Positions 10,664 to 23,384 of a DNA stretch of 64,000 bases are shown one piece after another. Made by a program: the position numbers and the translations under genes. Positions within the stretch are counted from its first letter, which is position 1, and every line of letters begins with the position of its first letter. This DNA is from an uncultured Gemmatimonadales bacterium (GTDB lineage: Bacteria; Gemmatimonadota; Gemmatimonadetes; Gemmatimonadales; GWC2-71-9), in the NCBI GenBank assembly GCA_963730185.1, contig CAVSQW010000007.1, positions 224,001 through 288,000 of the forward strand, given 5' to 3'. Below the pieces are notes generated by a model, which did not search any database, had not been told where the DNA came from, and saw nothing but the letters and a program-made list of their open reading frames with translations.

Positions 10664-13096
10664 TTGGACCGGCGGTTCGCGATGGGGCGCCTTCTCGGCG
10701 AACTGCGCTTCGCGGCGCGCTCGCTTCGACAGACTCCGATCATCTCGCTCGCGGCGGTGGTCTGCCTCGGGCTGGGGATCGGAGCGACCACGGCGGTCTT
10801 CAGCGCGGTGAGCACGGCGCTCCTGACCCCGTTCCCGTTCCCCGAGCCGGACCGGCTGGTCACGATCTACCGGACGACGCCGTTCTTCGTGTCGGGTCCG
10901 TTCTCGCCGGCCAATTTTCTCGACCTCCGTCGTGAGACCAAATCGTTCGAGTCGATCGCGGCGATCTGGACGGGGCAGACGCTGGTCGAGTGGTCAGGGG
11001 CGTCGTTCCAGTCCACCCGGATCGCCGCGTCCGGTGCGCTCCTGCCGATGCTGGGGGTGCGTCCGGTGCTGGGGCGGCTCGTCACTCCCCGCGACGAGCG
11101 GCCCGAGGCGCCCGACGTAGCGGTCCTGTCGGAGGAGATTTGGCGCGACCGGTTCGGAGCCGATCAGGGCCTGATCGGCCAGGCGGTGCGACTGGACGGA
11201 GTGCCCCATACCGTGGTGGGGATCCTGCCCCGCGGGTTTCGGGTGCCCGAAGGGCCGCGCCGCTATCACGGCGACGTCTGGGTCCCGCTCAAGTTCAGCG
11301 AGGAGCAGGCGGCCCAGCGTCGCAGCAACTTCTTGCGCCTGATGGGTCGGCTCGCGCCGGGAGTGTCGTTGGCGGAAGGCGGCGCCGAGCTGACCCGGCT
11401 CATGGTCGGGCTGGTCGAGGCCTACCCCCGGCTGAAGGGCGAGGGGCTGCGAGTCGTGTCGCTGCCCGCGGCTGCCCGCCAGGCCGTCCGGACGCCGCTG
11501 ATGCTCCTCTTCGGGGCCGTCCTGCTGGTGCTGCTCGTGGCGGCGTCCAACGTCGCCAGCCTGCTGCTGGCGCGGGGCGTGGACCGGCAACGGGAGCTCG
11601 CCATTCGGGCCGCGCTGGGGGCCAGTCCCTCTGATATCGCCCGGCGGGTGCTGGCCGAGAGCCTGATTCTCGTGGGGGTGGGCCTGGTGCTGGCCGTTGG
11701 GCTCGCGTGGGGCGGCGTGCGGGGCATTCGAAGCCTGGCCGTCGAGCGGGTGCCGCAGTTGGCCGGTCTCGGGATCGACTTCCAGGCGCTCGGATTCTCG
11801 CTCCTGCTCGGGGTCGGCGTGGCGGTGCTCTGCGGCATCGTGCCGGCTCTTCGAGGCGCCCGGGTGGATCCCCAGGAGACCATGCGTTCGACCGACGCCC
11901 GGAGTGGTGCTGCCGGCAAGCACCGGTTCCTCCGCGGGCTCGCGGCGTTCCAGGTGGCGCTCTCGGTCCTCCTCTTGCTCGGCGCCGGGTTGGCGATCCG
12001 CGGCTTCGGGCGGGTGATGGGTTCGGATCCGGGCTTCGACCCGGCGCGGATCCTCACCCTGCAGGCGGTCACCGCGGCCGATCGCTTCAGCGGCGGTGCG
12101 GTCGAGGAGCGGTTCCTCGAGCCCGTGTTGGACGCCGTCCGGTCGGTGCCTGGGGTGCGAAACGCCGCCGCCCTCAACCTGATTCCCTACGACAGCTGGG
12201 GATGGAACTTCAACATCCGCTACGAAGGCCAGTCCGGTGACGACCCGGCCCGGCTCCCGCTGGTCGAGCGACGGGTCGCCTCGCCGGCGCTGTTCGAGAC
12301 CCTCGGGATGCGCCTGGTGCAGGGGCGCCTCTTCACCGACGCGGATGGACCGGACGGGCCGCCGGTGGCGGTGGTGAACCAGGCCCTCGTCGCCCGGGAC
12401 TTTCCGGGAGGCGATCCGATCGGCAAGCGCTTCCATCTGGGCGACACGACCTTCGCCACGATCATCGGGGTCGTGGCCGACATCCGGAACGCCGGCCCCT
12501 TCGAGGCGCCCCAGCCCGAGCTCTATTGGAGCGCCCGCCAGGCCGATCGGGAGAACACGGCGTACAACCTGATGGTCGCCACTCGAGGGGCTCCGATGTC
12601 GGTGGCGAAGGCGGTGGCGGCGGCCATCCGGACCGTCGATCCCGCCGCGGCGGTCGAGGCCATTCGACCGATGGACGCCGTGATCGCGCACTCGGTGGGC
12701 GAGCCACGCTTCTACATGCTGCTCCTGGGCGGCTTCGCCGCGGTGGCGGTGGCGCTGGCCCTCGCGGGACTCTATGGGGTCATGAGCTACGTCGTGGCGC
12801 AGCGGCGCCGTGAGATCGGGATCCGGATGGCGTTGGGCAGCCGCCGCCGGGCGGCCGTGGGGCTGGTCTTCGGCCAGGGTGCGCGCCTGATCGGGCTCGG
12901 CCTCGGGCTCGGTCTCGCGAGCGGTGGGTTCGTCACCCGGTTCATGACGAGCTTCCTCTACGGCGTGAGCCCGCTGGATCTCACCACCTGGCTGGCCGTC
13001 GTCGGTCTCCTGACGGTCGCGGGGTCGCTGGCGCTGGTCATCCCGGCGCGGCGGGCGGCTCGGGTGGACCCGTTGGAGGCGATCCGGGCGGACTGA
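10664..13096 (+). CDS. Duplicated (ADOP-type) ABC permease
   Basis: ELRFAARSLRQTP, ASNVASLLLARG, RRREIGIRMALG, PARRAARVDPLEAIR. Confidence 0.9.
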   Translation: MDRRFAMGRLLGELRFAARSLRQTPIISLAAVVCLGLGIGATTAVFSAVSTALLTPFPFPEPDRLVTIYRTTPFFVSGPFSPANFLDLRRETKSFESIAAIWTGQTLVEWSGASFQSTRIAASGALLPMLGVRPVLGRLVTPRDERPEAPDVAVLSEEIWRDRFGADQGLIGQAVRLDGVPHTVVGILPRGFRVPEGPRRYHGDVWVPLKFSEEQAAQRRSNFLRLMGRLAPGVSLAEGGAELTRLMVGLVEAYPRLKGEGLRVVSLPAAARQAVRTPLMLLFGAVLLVLLVAASNVASLLLARGVDRQRELAIRAALGASPSDIARRVLAESLILVGVGLVLAVGLAWGGVRGIRSLAVERVPQLAGLGIDFQALGFSLLLGVGVAVLCGIVPALRGARVDPQETMRSTDARSGAAGKHRFLRGLAAFQVALSVLLLLGAGLAIRGFGRVMGSDPGFDPARILTLQAVTAADRFSGGAVEERFLEPVLDAVRSVPGVRNAAALNLIPYDSWGWNFNIRYEGQSGDDPARLPLVERRVASPALFETLGMRLVQGRLFTDADGPDGPPVAVVNQALVARDFPGGDPIGKRFHLGDTTFATIIGVVADIRNAGPFEAPQPELYWSARQADRENTAYNLMVATRGAPMSVAKAVAAAIRTVDPAAAVEAIRPMDAVIAHSVGEPRFYMLLLGGFAAVAVALALAGLYGVMSYVVAQRRREIGIRMALGSRRRAAVGLVFGQGARLIGLGLGLGLASGGFVTRFMTSFLYGVSPLDLTTWLAVVGLLTVAGSLALVIPARRAARVDPLEAIRAD

Positions 13097-13191
13097 GCGG
13101 ACCGGCGGGGGCCCGCCTCCTTCCCCTTGCCCTGCCCCCCGAGCGGCGCATTATTTGCACTCCTTGTCGGTTATCAGCGCAAATCGGGGAC

Positions 13192-15198
<2,007 letters not shown>

Positions 15199-15199
15199 G

Positions 15200-17425
15200 C
15201 TACCACTCGACCAGGGCGCCGAGGCTGATGACCCGGCCCCGGAGCGGGACCCACGGGGTGGTGGTGATCCGGCCGCCGTCCTCCGGGGTGGTGAGGAACA
15301 CGGGATCGTAGTCCGCCAGCCGGACGTTGAACACGTTCTCCCCGCTCAGATAGAGCCGAGCTCGACCGGTGCGCTGCGAGATCAGCAGATTGAGCAGCGA
15401 GTAGTCCGGGGTGCGGGTCCGCCGGGGATTGTCCCAGACGGCCTGCTCGCCCGCATAGGTGCCCTGGACCGTGATCCGGGTGCCGCGGGCGGGCTCCTCC
15501 CACGACAGGTTCATGCCTAACGACTGCTTCGGGATGAACGCCACCAGGCGGCGGCCGGCGTTGTTGGGACTGACCTCGGTGCCCCGGGCGAACTGGTAGT
15601 AGCCCTCGGCGGAGAAGGGCGGCGCCCGGTACCCCACCGTGAACTGAAGGGTGCCGATCCGGGTCGGCTCGGGCGCGTTCTCGAGGCGGAGTCGGCCTGC
15701 CGTGTCGGTCACCGCCGGCACCAGGCGGATCGGGCGGGTGATCCGGGCGAAGCTGGCCCCGGCCCCCACCTCGAACGGCCCCCGGTGCCAGCGGAGATCG
15801 AGATTGGCCGTCTGGATCCGCTCGGCATTGAAGGCCCGGTAGGTCATGGTGTGGAGCCCGAGGGTCTCGGCTTCGTTCTCCAGCGAGGTTGGGGCGCGGT
15901 ACCCGGCCGCGAGGGTAACCCGGACCGCGAGCCGGTCGGTCGGCCGGGCCAGCAGAGCCAGTCGCGGGCTACAGAAGGTGCCGAAGACGTTGTGGAAGTC
16001 GCACCGGGCGTTGAGGGTGCCGCTGACCCGATCGGTGGCCGTGAACTGGACCTGGCCGAAGATGGCGGGGACGCTGTAGGTGTAGTCGAACTCGGGAAAG
16101 TCCCGCTGGCGGAGGGCGTCGCGCTGATAGGCGGCCCCGACCATCACGGTGCCGGTGCCGAGCGGCCGGTCGTAGGTCACCTCGCCGAAGAGCAGGCTCC
16201 GGCCGTCGCGCTCGCGGAGCTCGTCGAAGCGGTGGTTGGAGTATTGATATCCGGCCGCCACCCGGGCCCGGAGCCGGGCCCGGTCGCCGGCGTTTCGCCA
16301 GGCCCGGACGCCGCCGTCGATCCGGCGGACCCGGAGCTCTTCGCGATAGAGGTCGGTGTTCGTGTTGCTGAGCAGGAAGCCGCCGGTCCGATCCTCGCTC
16401 ATCACCCCGACGGTGCCCACCAGGCCGTCGCCGCTAGAACGGTCCAGGTAGATCCGGGGCCGGAGCGCGAAGCGAATGGTGCGGGGGAACTCGCCCCAGG
16501 TGTCGTCGTCGGCGTCGACCTGCCGTTGCTGGTGGAAATCGGCCGTGACGGTGGCGCCCAGGGTGGGCGAGGCGCGCCGGGCCCCCCAGAGGGTCACGTC
16601 GCCGCCCTTCTCGGACGACTGGTTGACCGTCAGCCGGGCGGCGTCGTGGTCGGGGGTTCGGGCCACCAGATTGAGCACCCCGATCGGTGCGTCCGGGCCG
16701 TAGAGCGCCGCGCCTGCCCCGCTCACCAGCTCCACCCGCTCGAGATCCACCGGCGCCTGTTCCATCAGCCCGTAGGCCCCCGGCGACTGGCCCACGAGGG
16801 GCAAGCCGTCGATCAGGAGGCCGAGATACCGGCCGGGGACACCCTGCCAGCGAAGGGTGGCGGCGTCCAGGGGATCGAACACCGGTTGGACCCGGGCGCC
16901 CGGGATGGTGTTGAGGAGCCCGGCCAGGTCGGCCGGGTGGGCCTGCACCTCGTCGGTTACCCGGGCGCCCTCGGCGATCCCGACCACGGCGGGTTCGCGC
17001 CCGGCGGGAAGCCCGGTCCGGGCCGCCTCGAGCGGTTGGCCTCGTCCGTCGCTCGGCTCGGCGGTCAGCGCGAGGTCCACGCTCTGGGCCGCGTTGGCGA
17101 CGATCGTCATCTCGAAGGTGCGGGACAGAAAGCCGCCCCGTGACACGGTGATCGACTGTAGGGTCGCGGGCAGGTCGATCCGGGCGAGGCCCGACTGGTC
17201 GGTCGCGCCGCCCAGCCGGCCGGAACGGACGAACGCGCCGGCGAGCGGGGTGGAATCCGACGCCCGGCGGACGCGGACGATCAGGGTGCCGGTGGAGTCC
17301 TGCGCCCGCGCGGCGACGGGAACGAGGAGCCCGGCGATCGTCAGCCACACGGCGAGCCCGAGGCCGCCGATCGTCGAGTGCCGGCCGCGGCACTCGACGC
17401 GGCCAACGGGGAGTGGTGTCGGCAC
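15200..17425 (-). CDS. TonB-dependent outer-membrane receptor with N-terminal carboxypeptidase-regulatory-like domain
   Basis: Signal peptide ARA-Q; plug LERVELVSGAGAALYGPDAPIGVLNLV; ENVFN; C-terminal W; GTG start at 17425 inferred. Confidence 0.85.
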   Translation of the reverse strand: MPTPLPVGRVECRGRHSTIGGLGLAVWLTIAGLLVPVAARAQDSTGTLIVRVRRASDSTPLAGAFVRSGRLGGATDQSGLARIDLPATLQSITVSRGGFLSRTFEMTIVANAAQSVDLALTAEPSDGRGQPLEAARTGLPAGREPAVVGIAEGARVTDEVQAHPADLAGLLNTIPGARVQPVFDPLDAATLRWQGVPGRYLGLLIDGLPLVGQSPGAYGLMEQAPVDLERVELVSGAGAALYGPDAPIGVLNLVARTPDHDAARLTVNQSSEKGGDVTLWGARRASPTLGATVTADFHQQRQVDADDDTWGEFPRTIRFALRPRIYLDRSSGDGLVGTVGVMSEDRTGGFLLSNTNTDLYREELRVRRIDGGVRAWRNAGDRARLRARVAAGYQYSNHRFDELRERDGRSLLFGEVTYDRPLGTGTVMVGAAYQRDALRQRDFPEFDYTYSVPAIFGQVQFTATDRVSGTLNARCDFHNVFGTFCSPRLALLARPTDRLAVRVTLAAGYRAPTSLENEAETLGLHTMTYRAFNAERIQTANLDLRWHRGPFEVGAGASFARITRPIRLVPAVTDTAGRLRLENAPEPTRIGTLQFTVGYRAPPFSAEGYYQFARGTEVSPNNAGRRLVAFIPKQSLGMNLSWEEPARGTRITVQGTYAGEQAVWDNPRRTRTPDYSLLNLLISQRTGRARLYLSGENVFNVRLADYDPVFLTTPEDGGRITTTPWVPLRGRVISLGALVEW

Positions 17426-17531
17426 GCAGGAATAGTAAACGCGTCCGGCGTGGGGTCGGACCGGGCGCGAGGCCGGGCGGGCGTCGGCGCGGGGGACCGG
17501 GCCGGCCTCCGCCGTGGGGCCGGCCCCGACC

Positions 17532-17903
17532 TCAGCCGCCCGACGGCGATCGGGTGCGGCGAGCCCGCCCGGGCCGGGCGGTTCGTCCCCGGCGCCGGGC
17601 GTGCCGGGCGGCGGCGTGAGCCACCGCGAGCAGCCGGGCCAGCTCACCATCGGGCAGGACGTCGAGGCGGAACTCGACCCAGCCGTTCCGGCCGATCGCG
17701 CCCATGGAAACCACGGGGCGGGCGGAGCCTTGGCGGAAGGCCGCCGTGACCTCGGCGGCGGGGAGGTGCATCGTCACCCGGGTCCCCGCCAGGGCCGCGA
17801 ACATGATTCCGTCGACGAACCAGGCCTCGCTGCCGAACTCGAGGTGCTCGGTGACGTCGGGGAGGGACAGGACGATGCTCTTCAGCTGTTCCGCCGGCGC
17901 CAT
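17532..17903 (-). CDS. MmcQ/YjbR-like protein
   Basis: LSLPDVTEHLEFG..WFVDGIMFA...GRNGWV. Confidence 0.65.
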   Translation of the reverse strand: MAPAEQLKSIVLSLPDVTEHLEFGSEAWFVDGIMFAALAGTRVTMHLPAAEVTAAFRQGSARPVVSMGAIGRNGWVEFRLDVLPDGELARLLAVAHAAARHARRRGRTARPGRARRTRSPSGG

Positions 17904-18048
17904 GATCGGTTCCCAAGTGAGGATGCCGATTGTACCGCCGGATCGAGGTTCCCGCGAGAGGGTGGGGGCGACGGCGGTTTCGAGCTAGATTCCCGCCCGG
18001 TACCCGGGCGACGGCCCGGCCACCCACATCCAAGCACGAGCCTATGTC

Positions 18049-20320
18049 ATGAGTCGTTTCCAAGCCCGTCGGGCGGCGTCCAGCCGCCCGCGGTGGTGGT
18101 GGGTTCTCTGGTTGGCGCCCCTGGTCGGAGCGCCGGCGCTGGCCGCGCAGGCCAACGGCCCGGCCGGTTCTCCCCGTCTCGCCCGCGCCACGACCGTCAC
18201 CCGGGCGCCGGTGGTCGACGGCCGCCTCGACGAGGCGGTCTGGCGGCAGGCCGAGCCGCTCACCGGTTTCATCCAGCGCGATCCGCACGAAGGGGAGCCT
18301 GCCACCGAGCGGACCGAGGTCCGGATTCTCACCGACGGGCAGGCGCTCTACGTCGGGGCCTGGCTCTACGATCGCGATCCGCGCGGGATCGTGCCCGGCG
18401 AGCGGCTTCGGGACGTGGAGATCACCAACAGCGACTACTTCGCGTTCGTGCTCGACACCTACCACGACCGGCAGAACGGTTTCATGTTCGCCACGACGCC
18501 GGCCGGGATCGAGTACGACGGACAGGTGACCAAGGAGGGCGAGGGCGGCGGAGTGTCCCAGCAGGGCCAGAGCGCGGTCCAGTCGGGCGCGATCGGGCGG
18601 CTTCAACCTCAACTGGGACGCGAGTTGGAAGGTGGCGACCTCGGTCGACAGCCTTGGCTGGTACGCCGAGTTCCGGATCCCGTTTTCGACCCTGCGCTAC
18701 GGTGGCGGCGCGGTCCAGAGCTGGGGATTCAACGCGGCTCGGAACGTCCGCCGGAAGAACGAAGAGTCCTTCTGGGCGCCGATCCCCCGACAGTTCAACA
18801 TCTATCGGCTGTCGCGGGCCGGCACCCTCGAGGGCCTCGCGGTGCCGGCCCGCCGGGTGGCGACGATCACGCCGTACCTGCTGGGATCGGCCAAGCGGGA
18901 CTATCTCACCGCGATCGACGCCGACTATTCCACCGCGGTCGGCGCGGACGCCAAGCTCGGCCTCACGCCGAGTCTGACGCTCGACCTCACCTACAACACG
19001 GACTTCGCGCAGGTCGAAGTCGACGAGCAGCGCACCAACCTCACCCGCTTCCCGCTCTTCTTTCCGGAAAAGCGACCGTTCTTCCTCGAGAACGCCGGGG
19101 TCTTCTCGGCCGGCACGCCGCAGCAGGTGGATCTGTTCTTCACCCGGCGGATCGGGATCGACTCGGTTGGACAGCCGGTGTCGATCACGGGCGGCGGGCG
19201 CCTGACCGGCAAGATCGGCGGCGTGACCGTGGGGGCGCTTCAGATCTTCACCGAGGGGCGCCACGTCGCCGGGCTGGTCGACCAGCCGGCCAACTCCTAC
19301 TCGGTGGGCCGGGTGAGCCGCGAGTTCGGCGCCCGCTCCCGGATCGGCGCCCTTGTCGTCCAGCGCCTCGCGACCGACAGCTCGGCCGATCACAACCGGG
19401 TCTACGCCGTGGACGGGCGGGTCGGATTCAACCAGCGGGTTACGATGGATTGGTGGGCCGCCCGAAGCGAGACGCCCGGGCGCGCCGGCCGGGACGCCGC
19501 CTTCAGCGCGTCGCTCGGGTACAAGACGGCCCAGTGGGACAACAACCTCCGGTTCACCCAGGTCGGCGAGGACTTCAACGCCGAGGTCGGGTTCGTGCCC
19601 CGGACCGGCTACCGCTACTTCGAGGGCAGCCTGTTCCGGACCATCCCCGTCACCAACCGGATCTTCCGCTACTGGATGCCCCACGCCAGCTACCGGGGCT
19701 ACTACGGATTCGACGGGAAGATGCAGACCGATCAGATCCACATCGATCTGGGCGAGTCTCAGATGAACAACGGGGGACGTTTCGGCCCCGAGCTCAACCG
19801 CTACGGCGAGGGGCTCACCGCGCCGTTCGAGATCGCGCCCGGCGTGGTGCTCCCGGCCGGCACCTACCGGTACTGGAGCCTGGGCTGGGACTTCGTGACC
19901 AATCCGAGCGCGCCGGTCTCGATGACCACCCGGCTCGACGTGGGCGGCCTCTACGACGGCCGCCGAATCGGGGGGAGCACCACGCTCACCTATCGGCGGG
20001 GCGCGGCCCTCACCACCTCGCTGCTGGTGGACTACAACGACGTCCACCTCGACGAGGGAGACTTCGTCCGTTCGCTGGTGGGCCTCCGGGTCGGCTATCA
20101 CTTCACGCCCCGGATCTCGATCCAGTCCCTGATGCAGTACAGCAACCAGGCCGACGTCTTCTCGGCCAACGTCCGGTTCGCCTGGCTCAACACCGCGGGG
20201 ACCGGCCTCTTCATCGTCTACAACGAGGCCCAGGAGGCCGACGGCGTCTTCTCCTGGACCCGGCCGCAGGTCCGCTCCTTCGTGGTGAAGTTCACCCGCC
20301 AGTTCGGCACCGGCGGGTGA
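18049..20320 (+). CDS. CBM9-like N-terminal domain plus DUF5916 outer-membrane protein; +1 frameshift near 18597
   Basis: PVVDGRLDEAVW, TEVRILTD; joins as AIGGFNLNWDASW; NTDFAQVEVD, FPLFFPEKRPFFLE. Confidence 0.85.
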
Positions 20321-20322
20321 CG

Positions 20323-20360
20323 CCGAAGCCCCGCCGGCGAGACTCCCGGCGGGGCTTCGG
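20323..20360. terminator. 15-bp perfect hairpin between convergent genes
   Basis: CCGAAGCCCCGCCGG-N8-CCGGCGGGGCTTCGG; no clear U-tail. Confidence 0.65.
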
Positions 20361-20377
20361 TGGGCTGGCGGGGCGGG

Positions 20378-21298
20378 TCAGTCGCCGACCCGCACTCCGC
20401 CCCGGATCAGCCGCCCGGTCGGCGGGGCCGCATCCGGCGCCCCGGGCTGGGTGTCGAAGATCACCTGTCCCTCCCGCCAGATCTTGATCCTGACCCGGTC
20501 GCGCTCGCAGCCCGGGCGCCGCCCGTCGCTCGCCACGACCAGGAACGAGTAGCCGCCCCGACCGTGGATCCGGCCGCTGCCGCGGAGCTCGGCCACACAC
20601 CCCGTGACCGTCAGGCTCTCGTATTCCGACGAGACGAAGAGCTGCCCGGTGGGGTTGAGTCGGACCGCCGTCCGGCCCCGTAGCTGGTGGGTTTCCCGGA
20701 GCACCCGGGCGTTGACCGCCAGGGACACGAAGCCGCTCAGCCGGTGCGATTCGGGGAAACTTCCCCGCTCGAGCCGGATCCAGCCGGCCGCGTCGACCGA
20801 GCCGTTGTTGGCCGGCGGCGGGGTCGAGGGCGGGGGCGGGGGCGGAGGAGGTGGAGCGGTGGGCGCGGCGACGACGTCGATGGTCACCGCGTCGGTCGCG
20901 GTGCCGCCCAGGTTGTCGATGATGCCGACCGTGATCGTGTAGGTCCCGATCCCAAGGCTCAGGGCCGCGGTACAGGTGCCCGAACCGCCGCTCTCCGTGA
21001 CCGTTCCGGCGGTCATGCCGGTCCCGAAGTCGACCGAGCAGGTGTGGGTGTCGCCGACGTCGGGGTCGCTGAGGTCGGCGCTCACGGCCACCGCGGCCAT
21101 CCCGCTGGCGTCCACCGCCACCGAGTCACCGTCCGCCGGCGCGGTGACCGAGACGGTGGGCGGGCTGTTGTTGGAGGGCGGGGGTGGGCCCGCGAGCGGC
21201 CCCGAGCTCGGCTCGACGGGGGCCAGCGGGCCGGGATCGGTGGCGCAGCCGGCCAGCAGGCCGAGTGCGGTGAGCAGCAGAGCAGAACGACGGATCAT
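20378..21298 (-). CDS. Lipoprotein with PKD/Ig-like domain, poly-Pro linker and beta-rich C-terminal domain
   Basis: Lipobox LAGC; SDPDVGDTHTCSVDFG..GTYTITV; poly-Pro linker. Confidence 0.7.
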   Translation of the reverse strand: MIRRSALLLTALGLLAGCATDPGPLAPVEPSSGPLAGPPPPSNNSPPTVSVTAPADGDSVAVDASGMAAVAVSADLSDPDVGDTHTCSVDFGTGMTAGTVTESGGSGTCTAALSLGIGTYTITVGIIDNLGGTATDAVTIDVVAAPTAPPPPPPPPPSTPPPANNGSVDAAGWIRLERGSFPESHRLSGFVSLAVNARVLRETHQLRGRTAVRLNPTGQLFVSSEYESLTVTGCVAELRGSGRIHGRGGYSFLVVASDGRRPGCERDRVRIKIWREGQVIFDTQPGAPDAAPPTGRLIRGGVRVGD

Positions 21299-21396
21299 AG
21301 TGCGTCCCTGGGGGTCCGGGTTGCCTAACACTCGGGCCCGGACGGGGGGTGGCGCAATCCGCAAGAATCAGCCGCGTGTCCGGAAAGATGGCAGGG

Positions 21397-21426
21397 AAAA
21401 ACCCGCCGTCCAGAAACGGACGGGGG
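21397..21426 (-). terminator. Possible intrinsic terminator downstream of proline dehydrogenase
   Basis: Minus strand CCGTCC-gtttct-GGACGG-CGGG followed by TTTTT. Confidence 0.45.
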
Positions 21427-21572
21427 TGGTGCAGGGGCATGCATCGGCCGGCCGGCGGGCCGGGGCCGACCTGCAGCCGGCTGCCGGGGTGGAGACGAAG
21501 AGTTGCGCGGTTGGCCACCCCGGGGGGCCGGCCGCCACCCGTTCGTTCATCAATGGACGTGCCAGACCGGCC

Positions 21573-22502
21573 TCATCCGAGCATGCTCCGGATCACGAAC
21601 CAGACGTTGGCCGGGCGCTCCGCCAGCCGCCGCATGTACCACTTGAACCACGCGTGCCCGTAGCTGATCAGGGTGCGGACCACCCGGCCGTGCCGGACCA
21701 GGGCCTGCTGGTGGTCGGTCCCGATGCCGTACAGCATGTGGATCTCGTAGCCGCCGTCGGGCACGCCCAGCTCGCGCGCGGCTTCGACCAACCGCTCGAC
21801 CAGCACCATGTCGTGGGTCCCGAAGACCGGCTTGGCTTGCCCCTTGGCGGCGGCCTCCAGGAGCCGGCGGCCGAGGGCGTAGTAGGCGAGGTCGGTTTCC
21901 CGCTTGGCTGCGAAGGCCAGCGAGGGGGGCTCGGCATAGGCGCCCTTGACCAGCCGGATGGTGGGCTTGAGCGGCAGCAGCGCCTCGAGGTCCGCCGGGG
22001 TGCGGCGGAGGTAGGCCTGGATGGCGAGGCCGCCTCCAGGGTGGCGTTCGAGCAGCGCGCGGTAGAGGTCGAGCGTCCGGTCGACGTAGCTCGAATCCTC
22101 CATGTCGATCCAGAGCGTCGTTCCGGTGGCCTCGGCCCGTTCGGCCAGGGCCAGGACATGGGCCCGGCAGTCGGCCTGGGAGAGGTCGAGGCCGAGCTGC
22201 GTGGGCTTGACCGAGACGGCGGTGGGGAGCCTGCGGGCCTGGATCCGGGCCAACCCGTCGAGATAGTGGTCCCGGACGGCGACGGCCTCCTCGGGCCGGG
22301 TCAGGTTTTCGCCCAGCTGGGTCACCAGCGTTCCCAGCTTCTGGGCCGCGAGGGCTTCGGCGGCGGCGAGCGCGTCGTCGAGCGCTTCGCCGGGCATGAA
22401 CCGCCGCACCGCGCGGCGGGCGAAGGCCCGCTGGGACATCTGACGGGCGAGCCAGGGGCTGTTGGCCGCCTGGAGCAGGAGCGAACGGGCGATCGAAGCC
22501 AT
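21573..22502 (-). CDS. Monofunctional proline dehydrogenase
   Basis: LGEN, SVKPTQLG, IDMEDS, IQAYLRRT, IRLVKGAY, THD, YMRRLAERPAN. Confidence 0.92.
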   Translation of the reverse strand: MASIARSLLLQAANSPWLARQMSQRAFARRAVRRFMPGEALDDALAAAEALAAQKLGTLVTQLGENLTRPEEAVAVRDHYLDGLARIQARRLPTAVSVKPTQLGLDLSQADCRAHVLALAERAEATGTTLWIDMEDSSYVDRTLDLYRALLERHPGGGLAIQAYLRRTPADLEALLPLKPTIRLVKGAYAEPPSLAFAAKRETDLAYYALGRRLLEAAAKGQAKPVFGTHDMVLVERLVEAARELGVPDGGYEIHMLYGIGTDHQQALVRHGRVVRTLISYGHAWFKWYMRRLAERPANVWFVIRSMLG

Positions 22503-22622
22503 GGGCAGCGTTGGGGCTGGAGGGAGCTTGGAGGCTAGGGCCAGGGGTGGGGGCCGGGCAAGGGGTGGCTGGGGCCTCACGCCGTCTAGCTTCACGGCGC
22601 CGGAGCCTCGTACCTTACTCCC

Positions 22623-23363
22623 ATGTTCCCGTACAAGGACGACAACCCCACCCTCGCGACGCCGGTCGTCACGTTTCTCCTGATCGGGGCCAACGTCGCC
22701 GTCTGGCTCCTGGTTCAGGGTATGGGAACCGAGCCGCGCCTCTCGGCCTCCGTGTGCCAATTGGGGCTCGTTCCGGGCGAGGTCCTGGGCCGGCTGCCAC
22801 CCGGTACCCTGGTGCCGACCGGGACCGGCCTGGCGTGCCAGACCGGCTCGCCCTTTGCCTGGCTCACCCCGCTCACCTCGATGTTCCTGCACGGTGGCTG
22901 GCTCCACCTGATCATGAACATGTGGTTCCTCTGGGTCTTCGGGAACAACGTCGAGGACTCCATGGGCCGGCTTCGCTTCGTCGCCTTCTACCTGACCACC
23001 GGCCTGGTCGCCGCCGCGACTCAGGCGGTGCTCAATCCGACCAGCGCCATTCCGATGGTCGGGGCGTCGGGGGCGATCAGCGGGGTGATGGGGGCCTACA
23101 TCGTCCTCTATCCCCGGGTGAAGGTGCACATGATCATCTTCCTCGGCATCTTCATCACCCGGATCGCGGTGCCCGCCTTCCTGATGCTGGGCTACTGGTT
23201 CCTGCTCCAGCTCCTGGGCGGTATCCCGACCATCGCCCGGGAATCGGGCGGGGTGGCCTTCTGGGCCCACACCGGCGGGTTCGCGTCCGGGATGCTGCTC
23301 GTGTTCCTGTTCCGCGATCCGAGGCTGATCGCCCGGCGGATCGCCTACCACCTGCCGGCCTGA
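22623..23363 (+). CDS. Rhomboid family intramembrane serine protease
   Basis: SMFLHGGWLHL..NM, GASGAI, VAFWAHTGG. Confidence 0.92.
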   Translation: MFPYKDDNPTLATPVVTFLLIGANVAVWLLVQGMGTEPRLSASVCQLGLVPGEVLGRLPPGTLVPTGTGLACQTGSPFAWLTPLTSMFLHGGWLHLIMNMWFLWVFGNNVEDSMGRLRFVAFYLTTGLVAAATQAVLNPTSAIPMVGASGAISGVMGAYIVLYPRVKVHMIIFLGIFITRIAVPAFLMLGYWFLLQLLGGIPTIARESGGVAFWAHTGGFASGMLLVFLFRDPRLIARRIAYHLPA

Positions 23364-23384
23364 CGCCATGAGGAGTTGGTCGAG

